This document shows, one piece after another, positions 19,826-29,876 of a stretch of DNA of 64,000 nt. The notes below the pieces were generated by a model that was given only the letters and a program-made list of their open reading frames with translations, ran no database searches and was not told the DNA's origin. The DNA is taken from NCBI GenBank assembly GCA_045568235.1, contig JBJLBJ010000022.1:1953-65952 (forward strand). The letters are read 5' to 3'. How positions within the stretch are numbered: the stretch's first letter is position 1; each line of letters starts with the position of its first letter. A program made the translations under genes and the position numbers. This DNA comes from Candidatus Thalassarchaeaceae archaeon. GTDB taxonomy: Archaea > Thermoplasmatota > Poseidoniia > Poseidoniales > Thalassarchaeaceae.

Positions 19826-22800
19826 ATGCACCCTGATTATGGTATTCGAAAAGTAGATTCTTTTAAGAAAAGAAATAGTATTACTTTAGTATCTATTATG
19901 CTTTTGAGTTTATTTGCAGCAATTGAAATACCTCAAGCAGAGGCGAGTGATGTTGTTTTAACTGACCCGATACAAATAGTAAACAGCGGGACACAATATA
20001 GTGATAGAATGATGGCAATATCAGGAGATTCAAATGGAAATATACATTTAGTATTTAGTCGAAATACGCAACATCTATATTACCAAATGCAAAATCCAAG
20101 AGGAGAAACAATAATTGATGCTACTCAGATTTCAAATCCGGGGAGTCATCGAGCATGGCATCCCGATATTACAGTTGACTCTGATGATAAAGTACATGTT
20201 GTATGGACAGATAAAGCGGGTCAATATTCAATAATGTACACATTATTAGATTCGTATTTAGATGATAGAGACGGCTCGCCTGCATTAGACTCAGTTATTT
20301 CAGTAGTTGATGATTATGAGGTTGCTAATAATCCCCAAAATCGCGACTACCCTGCAATCGATGTTGACTCTAATAATGATCCGCATATAGTTTGGGAGGA
20401 TGCTTTTGAACCTTTAGAAAAATTCTATCAACAACCACAGATATATTATAAAATGCTTGAAATAGATTATGTAACAAGGGAAGCAGTAATAGCCATCGAT
20501 AGCACTTTATTAACTCCTATTTTAGGACATAAAGGCCATCCAGATATAGCCGTAGATGTTGATGACTTTGTCCAAATTGTTTGGGACGATACTCGAGGAG
20601 GTAAGGTCGAAATGGTCGTTCCAATCGATACTTCTGGTTCAATGAATACCGAATGGGCAGATATGTGTGTTGTTTTTTATGGAGGAAATTTTGCTGGTGG
20701 AGGCTCCTTTCCTGGGTTAAAACCACTATTGGAAAGCGCTAATATGAGTGTTTATGAAACACTATATGCACTAAGTGGTAATTGGCCTGCTGCATCACAA
20801 AGTGGAGCATGTGCAACTGCATACCAAACAGGAGGTTCTGGTAGCCAAGGACCTAGAAGTACGCCTTTAGGAGATAGTGAAAATTCAGGAGGAATAAGAT
20901 ATTTAGATGAAGTTGTTTACAATAACGCTGCAGTAGACCTCCCGGCTGATGGTGGATATTATAGTGAGTTCTGGGGCCCTGCAGCAACATGGGCTTGCCT
21001 ATCTTGGTATGATGCGAATGGCAACGTTCCAGGAAACCCTCCAACACAATTAGATCATAAATGGAATCCGAATGCTACTAAGATAGTAATACCAATTTCA
21101 GATGAAGGGCCATATGGTGGAACTCCCATGGACAACGACGATACTGTGAGTATTTCAGAATCACATGACGCTTGCGTAACAGCTGATATTGTACCAACTC
21201 CTTTGTGGGCAGGTTCAGATACAGAGGTAGGATCTTACATGATGGATTTAGCACAATGCCCAAATGGTTCAGGTCTTAATGCAAGAACATGCAATGGCAA
21301 CAATCTTAGATTAACAAATGCAGGAGGACAAATGTATGGTTTTCCTACATCATCTTCTAGCTCAGCTGAACTAGAAATAATGGTTGAGGCGATGGTATAT
21401 CTTTCAACTAATAATTCGAGAGAAATATATATGACAGTTTTAGATCCTCTTTCTCTCTTAGATAGGCCTTGGCCTGGTTGGGTCAAGGGAGACCCAGGGA
21501 CGGAAGTAAATTCGAATACCAATACTTATACTGAAGATTTAGGGCCATCAGAAGATATATCCGGGTATGGGCATTTGGTTGTTGTAAACGATACGCGAAT
21601 AACACTTAATGATGCATATAGCTTACATCCCGCTATAGCACTAGATTCTACTGGTCTTACACATTTAGCATGGCAAGATGGACGAGCTTATGGTTTTGAT
21701 ATTGATGTCAACTATGAAGTGTATTACACCAGACTAAAACTAAGAGGTGCTGCTGAATGGGACGGGGCAGCAGAAGGATTGCCCACATATGGAATAAAAC
21801 AAATTGCGGATGCAGCAATTTCTGATGTAGAGGGATTACAAGGAATTGATCCCAACCGCCCCTTTGGCGGCAATTCTCACCTACCATCAATAATTACGGA
21901 TTCTTTTGACAACGTACATCTTGCATGGCTAGATAATTATAACGAAACTCAGGGAGAAACTGTGGTATACACTCGTCTAAACCATACTAATGATGATTAT
22001 CCAGACGGTTTTCCTTTGAATTCTATAGCATCTGCAATATTTGATCCGTGGACAATTATACCTGTAACCTCTTGGCAATCAGATAAATTAGGCCCGAATT
22101 CTCCTGCTACGCCGGATTTAGGACAGACTCCAGCATTTGCCAATGATTTAGGAAGTGGAGCACACCTTGGTTGGTCTGATACTAACAAATGTAATGAAGA
22201 AAATAACGCTGGAAAATATACGTTATGTTATGTTCACGTATTAACAGGACTAGTTGATATTTCTTTAGCTTGCGATGAAAAATTAATTGCCAATCCTAAT
22301 TTAGAAGGACATTATTATAACTGTCCAGAGGAAACAGAAACATTCTATCATACAATTTTCCCTGGTGAATTGACTACTTATAACATGACGATTGCAAATC
22401 CAACACCAGGCCCAGCAGAATTGGTTAAAGATACATTTACTGTTACTATGTCCGGAATTCCTCAGAATTGGAGTGCAACACTATTTTATGCCACAAATAA
22501 TACACCGATATTCGAATCCACCCCTGTTCATTTGGAAGGTGGAGAAGTAGTTCCTATTTACTTAAAATTAAGGGCTCCAACAATATATCAAGCTAAAGAG
22601 GACGAATTAGCACAAGTCAAAATAACCGCAGTATCATACAAAGATATAGCAATATTTAATGAAAAATTAACTCTAACATTGATGGACGTAGTGCATGGTA
22701 TTGAATTAGATACAAGCCACTATCAAGTAGATATTGAACAAGGCAGATCTGCTATTTTTTCAGTTTCTGTAAAGAATACTGGTAATGTTTATGATACATT

Positions 22801-24997
22801 TGCATTCTATGATCCTTCAACATTAGAAGGACAGAATGAGTGGGCATTGCCATTTGGTTGGGGCATCGATTTCCCGACTTCTATTTCATTAGATCCTTTA
22901 CAGTCAGTGACTAAAAATTTACAAGTAAGTGTACCTACATCACAAGAACCAGGGACATTTGTAATATATTTGAAGGGTTGGTCTATGGGCGAACCGGTTT
23001 TATCTATAGATAGAGGAACATTTGATGTTTTGGAATTATGGATAAATGTTTCAACCAGAACAACTGGTAATATCGTTTTCTCAGTGGGTGAAACCACGCA
23101 ATATGTCCTCCCAGGAGAATGTGCTGAGTTTGATATTGACGTCACTAAACATTTCACTCCTGGACATTTGGTGTTTAATATCCCGGGGGCACCGCCCGAT
23201 AAACCAACTAATTGGACAGAAGAGACATGGAGATATGACCACTGGACTGTCGATTTAGATTTCTCAAATGCACCTGGAGGAAATGGCCCTGCTGACGATG
23301 CTCCAAGGTATTGGTCTCAAATAAATACCCCATACACCGTTACTGCAATAATGTGTGCACCATATAATGCAACGGCGGGGTTGGGCGATTCCGTTGCAGT
23401 TCGAGCACATCTTGATGGTCAACCAAAAATTAGAGATTCAGTAGTAATTTTGACGAATGTTATTCAAAGGTATGATTTACAGGCAACCGTTCCGGAAACC
23501 ATTTTGGATTTATATCCAGGACAGCCATATCAAATGAATACAACTATTGAGAATCTTGGGAATGGTGCAGATAGGTTTGATGTTACCATAGATTCTATCA
23601 TAGATTCAGATGGTAATTCCCATGTTTGGGATATTGAAATACCAAGAATATTATTTGGAGAACTAGATAGAGATGAAATAGGTGAATATCAAATAATAAT
23701 TAATGTTCCTGAAAAAACTTTAGCAGGACAATATACAGTTAATTTTAATGTATATAGTGAAGAAGAATATGAAGGTAGTAAATTGAGAGATATAATATCA
23801 TTAAAAGTTAATATTATTGAATTTCATGATATGAGAATCACATTAGACCCCAGTGTAGAAAGCAAGATCAAAACTACTGCACCTAGCAGAATAGTTAGAT
23901 TTACTTTGAATGTAACAAACTTCGGTAATGTACCAGATCAACCAACAATACACAACCACACAATTGATGCTGCAGGAGGCTGGGGCGTTATGCCTGGTAT
24001 GAATACACTTTCAAATTGGGAGATAAAATTCGCTCTTTTAGAAGATTTTAATACCGAATATCCAATAGAGAATCTATGTTTAGGACAGTCTCCTGATTTC
24101 TTAACATTATCAGAACCAATACCTACTGAAGGGTGTTATCTCTCTGCTCAAACAGGAGCATTGACGTTGCCTATGATGGAGGCATATACAACGTTGCAAA
24201 TAGTAGTTATTGTTTCTATAGCGCCAGATGCGGCTTTACAAAATAGAGAAATTGGCATAAAAGCGATCTCAATGCACGGCTCATCAGATAATGGAGGTGA
24301 TTATGATGAAACTCCTGGTTGGGAAGATTCTTGCACCTTAGATACGAATAAAGACGGTATTACTGATAACTATAAGCCAGATTGTGATAATAATGAGCAA
24401 ATATTAGAACTACGTTTGAGGGCACCTGATTTAGAAATTTTAGAAGTTACAACAGGTGCTAAAAAAGGTGCGATCGGAGAAATGCTATCTGTAAGCGTGA
24501 AGATAGTCAATAGAGGAAATGCACATGCAACAGACGTTAATGTGATACTTTGTAAAGACCAATCTCCATCCAATATTAAGAAGAATGGCTGTGATGAAAC
24601 AAATATAGTTTACAGACAGATTATCAAAGCTATAATGCCTATTGGTGACGGAGGATTAGAAAATCCTGATCCTATTACATTACTATACATGGTCGAGGCG
24701 GGAAATCATGATGTTGTTGTTGTTGTAGATGCAGATAACGATATAGTAGAGACAGATGAAACAAATAATATTATGAGGATACCAGGTGGAGAATTGAGCT
24801 CTAATTTTGGTACTGGAGATGTTATTATTGATGTAATAGCTCGTTATTCCGTTCCAACAATAATTCTTGGTGCAACATTTTCATTGATTGGTGTGGCCGG
24901 GTATGTAATGTATGGAAGAAGGCTAGATGCGCTACAAGCATTTGCTGAGAAGACAAGTTTAATGTCAAAAAATGATGACGAAGATACTAGATTTTGA
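19826..24997 (+). CDS. Large membrane-anchored surface protein: beta-propeller + inserted vWA (MIDAS) + NEW3/CARDB Ig-like repeats + C-terminal TM
   Basis: Signal peptide, seven P.I..D....H..W.D blade motifs, DTSGS MIDAS, repeated V.N.GN..D.F Ig-like units, CARDB (PDLEI...VDADNDIVETDETNN), TM near 24851-24916. Confidence 0.85.
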   Translation: MHPDYGIRKVDSFKKRNSITLVSIMLLSLFAAIEIPQAEASDVVLTDPIQIVNSGTQYSDRMMAISGDSNGNIHLVFSRNTQHLYYQMQNPRGETIIDATQISNPGSHRAWHPDITVDSDDKVHVVWTDKAGQYSIMYTLLDSYLDDRDGSPALDSVISVVDDYEVANNPQNRDYPAIDVDSNNDPHIVWEDAFEPLEKFYQQPQIYYKMLEIDYVTREAVIAIDSTLLTPILGHKGHPDIAVDVDDFVQIVWDDTRGGKVEMVVPIDTSGSMNTEWADMCVVFYGGNFAGGGSFPGLKPLLESANMSVYETLYALSGNWPAASQSGACATAYQTGGSGSQGPRSTPLGDSENSGGIRYLDEVVYNNAAVDLPADGGYYSEFWGPAATWACLSWYDANGNVPGNPPTQLDHKWNPNATKIVIPISDEGPYGGTPMDNDDTVSISESHDACVTADIVPTPLWAGSDTEVGSYMMDLAQCPNGSGLNARTCNGNNLRLTNAGGQMYGFPTSSSSSAELEIMVEAMVYLSTNNSREIYMTVLDPLSLLDRPWPGWVKGDPGTEVNSNTNTYTEDLGPSEDISGYGHLVVVNDTRITLNDAYSLHPAIALDSTGLTHLAWQDGRAYGFDIDVNYEVYYTRLKLRGAAEWDGAAEGLPTYGIKQIADAAISDVEGLQGIDPNRPFGGNSHLPSIITDSFDNVHLAWLDNYNETQGETVVYTRLNHTNDDYPDGFPLNSIASAIFDPWTIIPVTSWQSDKLGPNSPATPDLGQTPAFANDLGSGAHLGWSDTNKCNEENNAGKYTLCYVHVLTGLVDISLACDEKLIANPNLEGHYYNCPEETETFYHTIFPGELTTYNMTIANPTPGPAELVKDTFTVTMSGIPQNWSATLFYATNNTPIFESTPVHLEGGEVVPIYLKLRAPTIYQAKEDELAQVKITAVSYKDIAIFNEKLTLTLMDVVHGIELDTSHYQVDIEQGRSAIFSVSVKNTGNVYDTFAFYDPSTLEGQNEWALPFGWGIDFPTSISLDPLQSVTKNLQVSVPTSQEPGTFVIYLKGWSMGEPVLSIDRGTFDVLELWINVSTRTTGNIVFSVGETTQYVLPGECAEFDIDVTKHFTPGHLVFNIPGAPPDKPTNWTEETWRYDHWTVDLDFSNAPGGNGPADDAPRYWSQINTPYTVTAIMCAPYNATAGLGDSVAVRAHLDGQPKIRDSVVILTNVIQRYDLQATVPETILDLYPGQPYQMNTTIENLGNGADRFDVTIDSIIDSDGNSHVWDIEIPRILFGELDRDEIGEYQIIINVPEKTLAGQYTVNFNVYSEEEYEGSKLRDIISLKVNIIEFHDMRITLDPSVESKIKTTAPSRIVRFTLNVTNFGNVPDQPTIHNHTIDAAGGWGVMPGMNTLSNWEIKFALLEDFNTEYPIENLCLGQSPDFLTLSEPIPTEGCYLSAQTGALTLPMMEAYTTLQIVVIVSIAPDAALQNREIGIKAISMHGSSDNGGDYDETPGWEDSCTLDTNKDGITDNYKPDCDNNEQILELRLRAPDLEILEVTTGAKKGAIGEMLSVSVKIVNRGNAHATDVNVILCKDQSPSNIKKNGCDETNIVYRQIIKAIMPIGDGGLENPDPITLLYMVEAGNHDVVVVVDADNDIVETDETNNIMRIPGGELSSNFGTGDVIIDVIARYSVPTIILGATFSLIGVAGYVMYGRRLDALQAFAEKTSLMSKNDDEDTRF

Positions 24998-25735
24998 TTA
25001 TTTTGCTAGCCACCAAGGTAAAGGAGTTCCTTTGGTTGCAGCCACAAAATCTCCTTTGCTGGATGCAAAATCTCTTAGTAAACGCTCTCGTAAATTTTCC
25101 ATCATTTCTTCAGCATCCATGGACTGCATCCTTAGTCCATGAGAAAATAAATCGAGGTCCAAAGGCCTTCTAGGTTGATTCATTATAGCATGAGCCAACC
25201 TTCGTTCTTCATAGGAATTAGAGTGCTCTGAGACACTAGAAGATACCTTTTTCTTAACTTGTTGATGCATAGCAATAATTGCATCACGTTGATTATCTAT
25301 TTTTTCTAAAACCACATCTAATTCACCTAAAACATCGATTGCTTCAGCCAAATCTAATTTTCTTCTTGTACCCATTCTTTTAACTACTCCCCCCAGATCA
25401 CTAGGAAGTTTATTTGAAAGTTTCATTGCACCCCCACTAGGTATTTTTCTATGCTCAGTGCGAAACAAGTCAGGACCCAAATCTAGCCTTATAGAAAATG
25501 ATTGATCTACTTTATACATTTTTTTAGGAGGGCCTCCTTTTTCTGAAGCAACCATTTCTGAATTAACAAAATCGGCCTTTTCAAGTACTTTTAGATGTTT
25601 TACTACTGCTTGTTGACTAACATTTATCAATTCAGAAATCTGTAAAGGATAATGTGGCTCTTTCACAAGAAGCATCAAAATTTCTCGTCTGGTAAGATTT
25701 TCTAATATAGACAAAGCCTCATCAAAGTCCACCAT
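24998..25735 (-). CDS. ArsR-family HTH transcriptional regulator (COG1777-like)
   Basis: ILENLTRREILMLL..EPHYPLQISE...SQQAVVKHLKVLE...GGPPKKMY. Confidence 0.88.
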   Translation of the reverse strand: MVDFDEALSILENLTRREILMLLVKEPHYPLQISELINVSQQAVVKHLKVLEKADFVNSEMVASEKGGPPKKMYKVDQSFSIRLDLGPDLFRTEHRKIPSGGAMKLSNKLPSDLGGVVKRMGTRRKLDLAEAIDVLGELDVVLEKIDNQRDAIIAMHQQVKKKVSSSVSEHSNSYEERRLAHAIMNQPRRPLDLDLFSHGLRMQSMDAEEMMENLRERLLRDFASSKGDFVAATKGTPLPWWLAK

Positions 25736-25787
25736 CCACTTACCAACCTATGGTTGGGTAGTGGTAGGTATTCTAAAAACCCAATCA

Positions 25788-26498
25788 TTATTTTTGATTA
25801 TCCCAATCTTCCCAAAAAGCATCTTTATTCTCTATATTTTCTGTTTTTATAGTACTCAAATCATCATTTTCTATGAATGGATCTGGAATATTTTGAATAT
25901 TTTTTATAATCTTTATTTTTCCTTTTTCTTTATCGATATATAACTCATCAGATATTGTTATTTTTTGATTATTTACCCCTTTTCTCCAACCTATTACAAG
26001 AGTGATTAATGCTAAAATAGCCAATGGTATTCCCATACAAAAACCACAAGTTATAGCTATAAAACCAGAATCACTCATTATTTTTATTTGATTTGATGTT
26101 TCATCAATAAGCCAAAGCGTAGTTTCGCCTTCATTATATAAAATATATTTTTCATTTTTAGTATTTTCAAAAACCATGACGGTCTGATAAATACTACCAT
26201 CTAAGCCAGTTCTATCAAAGTCGTACCATGCAGCCTCTCTTCCTTCAGTCTCTTTACCAGAACTATTTATTAATTTTAATTCGGGTAAAGTATTTTCTCC
26301 ATCAATCCGTAAAGCCACATATAACCCCATTCTTTCTAATTCTACAGATTGACTTGAATTAGGCGATAATTCTACTAAATTAGTAGTCTTTGGATCTAAA
26401 ATTTCAATCATGTCATCTTGAGCATAAAAATATGCCATTGTACCCATTAATAAAAAAACTAGCGATATAACTGCTAACCACTTTCCTATCTTGAGCAA
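25788..26498 (-). CDS. Hypothetical membrane protein
   Basis: N-terminal and subterminal TM segments flanking an external beta-rich domain. Confidence 0.65.
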   Translation of the reverse strand: MLKIGKWLAVISLVFLLMGTMAYFYAQDDMIEILDPKTTNLVELSPNSSQSVELERMGLYVALRIDGENTLPELKLINSSGKETEGREAAWYDFDRTGLDGSIYQTVMVFENTKNEKYILYNEGETTLWLIDETSNQIKIMSDSGFIAITCGFCMGIPLAILALITLVIGWRKGVNNQKITISDELYIDKEKGKIKIIKNIQNIPDPFIENDDLSTIKTENIENKDAFWEDWDNQK

Positions 26499-26547
26499 AT
26501 TACCACCTACAACTGTCCTAGTTAGTACCTATGTATCAATCCTTTAA

Positions 26548-27654
26548 TTAATATTTCAGGCCTAATGCTGCTAACTTCTCAGGCAAATAGGTATCTGTAA
26601 CGAAATCAAGGCCATATTTTGCCAGAGATTGCTGTTCGGCCTTTTTTCCTATCTCTTGCATTAGATTAATTTGTTCTTTCCACCACCCTGTGGCAAATCT
26701 TGGATCAGATAATTCCGATTCAAGGGCCCCCAAATCAGATTTTGTTAAATCATCACTTGGCAAATCATAAGCTAAAATATCGTCTGCTGTTATTCCTAGA
26801 TATATTGCTTCATTTGTTGCCAAATACTCAGATATATGAGCCGTCTTTATAGCACCATATGCTATACTAGCAAAAATCCTAAACGACCAAGGATCACAAT
26901 CAGCGAATACAAGTATGGGTTTTTTCCATTCATCACTCATTCTTTTCATGATACGTCTGGTTGACCTTGCCGGTTGTCCTTTAAGATGAATTATTGCACA
27001 CCGAGCTTCTTCATCAAAACCATTTTCAACTAGCCTATCAAACATTCCTCCTGTTTCAACTGCCATAACGAAATCGATATCCTGTTCAAGTAATCTTAAT
27101 TTTTCAGATTCTACATTATATGGAACGCCATACCCAGAGTCGCCCACATCATCCCTGCAATTTATCCTCATCCATTCTCCTTTACGGTTTTTTTCTTCAA
27201 ATGTAACATTTCCAATTATTCTAGCACCATCTTCTTCAGGCCGTAATTTAAAATCCTCCCGAATGCATTTTGTTACTATTTCCAAATCTTCAGCGAGATT
27301 ATTACTTTCATTTTGAGTACCAAATTTACCATTCCCCCATCCTTCAGAGATATAATACATTTCTCTTAAAGTCGAAGACTTGCCAGAATCTATCATTTCT
27401 TCTATAAATTCCGTTATATGTAATGAGCGTAATAAAACTCTCGCGGAACTTAAAGCCGTTGCATCTCTAGTACTCTTATTTTTGCCATACTTATAAACTT
27501 GTAATTTTTTATCAAATTGTATGTTCTTTTTTGTTCTAACAGGTAGAGTCATGGCAGGAGGTTTCCCTTTCAACATTTTATCATGCATTTCTGCAGCCAC
27601 ACTATGTAATGCTTCTATTACTTCTTCTTTGGTTTTTGTTCTCCCTAAAGTCAT
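26548..27654 (-). CDS. top6A: DNA topoisomerase VI subunit A
   Basis: STLREMYY (catalytic Tyr), [44 protein letters not shown] inside the top6B 3' end. Confidence 0.97.
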   Translation of the reverse strand: MTLGRTKTKEEVIEALHSVAAEMHDKMLKGKPPAMTLPVRTKKNIQFDKKLQVYKYGKNKSTRDATALSSARVLLRSLHITEFIEEMIDSGKSSTLREMYYISEGWGNGKFGTQNESNNLAEDLEIVTKCIREDFKLRPEEDGARIIGNVTFEEKNRKGEWMRINCRDDVGDSGYGVPYNVESEKLRLLEQDIDFVMAVETGGMFDRLVENGFDEEARCAIIHLKGQPARSTRRIMKRMSDEWKKPILVFADCDPWSFRIFASIAYGAIKTAHISEYLATNEAIYLGITADDILAYDLPSDDLTKSDLGALESELSDPRFATGWWKEQINLMQEIGKKAEQQSLAKYGLDFVTDTYLPEKLAALGLKY

Positions 27655-29729
27655 CATTCTACCTCCCATTCAGATAAAGAAAGTTGCCCTTCTTTAGATT
27701 CTAAAATAGTCGTTGATATATCTTGTTGTACGTTTTCTTCTGCTCTGTCAATCAATGGCTCTAAGTTATTAGATTCGTTCAATATTTCTTTTTCGGCCAA
27801 CACTAAAGCTTCAGATTTACGTATTTCATCAAGTAAAGTTTCATCAATTTTAGTGGCACCTATTATCTCTCCATTTCCTCTAAAGAAAATATCCGTATCT
27901 ACCCAGTCTCCTTTTGTTAGTCCAGATACTCCAAACTCAACAGTAGTACACGTTCCAGGATTTAATGTGTCTAACCTCCAAGCCCAAATTCCCTTTGTTT
28001 CTTTTCTCCCTCCACGATGATTATTTACCATAACAGTGTCTTCATTTTCTGGCCACTTTGCTAAAATAGTGTACGCCCTTGCCCTCGCCGTATAATTGTA
28101 AATTTTAATCGAACAGGTTGCAATTTTATGTTCTTTATCCCAATCCAATATTTCTTCACAGAATACAGCATTCATAATTTGAGTTATTACCGGCGCAAGA
28201 TCAGGCTCGGGTCTTGCAAGTATTTCCGAACTTTTTTTTGCTATTTCAGGTAATATTATATTCACTAATTCGAATTTTTCCTTCGCCTTTTTACGTTGTG
28301 AACTTTTCTTTAAATGATTCTTCAATCCTCTTCCGACTTCGAGCAAGGCCTTTCTTATCTCTTCATGAACTTCTTCATTTTCTGCTACTGCTTCCTTTGC
28401 TTCGCTAGTAAATTGAACATTAGTAGATGCTAGATGAATCAATAAAGCTGCTGGACCTTTAGGGACTCCTCGACCTCCAGGGTGATCAAGACCGTATCTT
28501 TTCCAATCAACCGACTCAAGGGCTTTCGTAAGTAGACAGCCACCTTGTTGATACATTAGCGGTACTCTATTTGCAAACCTCAAAACCTCTATTGGACCAT
28601 CGGAACTTAAGTCTCCACCAAAAACTAAACCTACCTCTATTTGGAAAGGGTTTCCCTGACTAACACTAGGATTCCTAGTTACAGTGGATGCAAATCTAGA
28701 ATCAATTGCTTTAGAAAGGCCTTTCTTAATCAACAAGTCATCTATTGGAGAAAGGCAATCCATGGGAGGGGAAAGAAGTTTAACCTTTTGAAACGAATTT
28801 AATATTTCTTGGGCATCATCTGCCTTAATTCTTTTAGGCTCTCTCCCTTCATCAACTTTAGCCTTTACAAGTATTTCTCTAGCTGCCCTCATACTAACTC
28901 CAGAAAAATTATGACGCAAAAAAGAAGTCATTTTTCTTTCACTCGACTCACGTAACATCCGTTGCAAAGTCCCCAGATGAATGCCATGAGGATGAGGCTT
29001 AATTTCTGAAACCACCCTCGGCAATCGCTCAGTTGTTCTAGGCCAATTACCTTGATCTATTATGTTACCATCCCTATCTCGTACCATTAAAGATATACTT
29101 GCATGAGGATTAACTATCGATGTCATTCTAAGATATTGATGAACTGATTGCTTTCCTTTCTGATATTTACCTTTCATAATAGTTCTAATCCTCAATCCTT
29201 GTTGGTTCTCTTCACCTGTATTTTTATTAATCCACACTTCTCTTTTCTCACCGGTCTTAATTGCTTTATTTTTCCTTGTATCTAAACCCAATTCAACAAA
29301 AACTGCAGAAGAATCCTCTTTTATTTTTGATATAACATGGGTCTTGGATCCAGTGGTTAGTTGACTATACATCACTACTCCTGTTATGCCAATACCTTGT
29401 TGTCCACGAGTTTGTCTAATGGCATGAAACCTTGAACCTAATAGAAATTTTCCAAAAACGTCTTCAATTGCATTTCTTGGTATTCCAGGACCATTATCTT
29501 GCGTTATAAATTCAATTTTATCGCCCTTTTGCTTGTTTAATTCAACATGTATATTTGGCAATATACGAGCTTCTTCGCAAGCATCCAGAGAATTATCTAC
29601 AGACTCCTTTACTGCAGTAATTATGGATCTTTGTAAAGAATCAAAACCAAGAAAATGTTTATTTTTTTCAAAAAATTCACTTACGGCAATTTGCTTCTGT
29701 TTACTAGAAATTTCTTCAGCTTTATTCAT
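27654..29729 (-). CDS. top6B: DNA topoisomerase VI subunit B with C-terminal extension
   Basis: SEFFEKNKHFLGF, KESVDNSLDACEE, DNGPGI, RGQQGIG, RFANRVPL motifs. Confidence 0.97.
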   Translation of the reverse strand: MNKAEEISSKQKQIAVSEFFEKNKHFLGFDSLQRSIITAVKESVDNSLDACEEARILPNIHVELNKQKGDKIEFITQDNGPGIPRNAIEDVFGKFLLGSRFHAIRQTRGQQGIGITGVVMYSQLTTGSKTHVISKIKEDSSAVFVELGLDTRKNKAIKTGEKREVWINKNTGEENQQGLRIRTIMKGKYQKGKQSVHQYLRMTSIVNPHASISLMVRDRDGNIIDQGNWPRTTERLPRVVSEIKPHPHGIHLGTLQRMLRESSERKMTSFLRHNFSGVSMRAAREILVKAKVDEGREPKRIKADDAQEILNSFQKVKLLSPPMDCLSPIDDLLIKKGLSKAIDSRFASTVTRNPSVSQGNPFQIEVGLVFGGDLSSDGPIEVLRFANRVPLMYQQGGCLLTKALESVDWKRYGLDHPGGRGVPKGPAALLIHLASTNVQFTSEAKEAVAENEEVHEEIRKALLEVGRGLKNHLKKSSQRKKAKEKFELVNIILPEIAKKSSEILARPEPDLAPVITQIMNAVFCEEILDWDKEHKIATCSIKIYNYTARARAYTILAKWPENEDTVMVNNHRGGRKETKGIWAWRLDTLNPGTCTTVEFGVSGLTKGDWVDTDIFFRGNGEIIGATKIDETLLDEIRKSEALVLAEKEILNESNNLEPLIDRAEENVQQDISTTILESKEGQLSLSEWEVE

Positions 29730-29876
29730 TTACATCCCTCCATCAGGTCCTCCCAATACCCTATTGGCACGGGGCCTGCTTATGGTTACATCATCTAGAA
29801 TGCAGGCCGTCCTTAACTTTACATGAAAATTAATTGTAAAAGTGCTTAATATTATATATTTCACTATTATTCAGAA

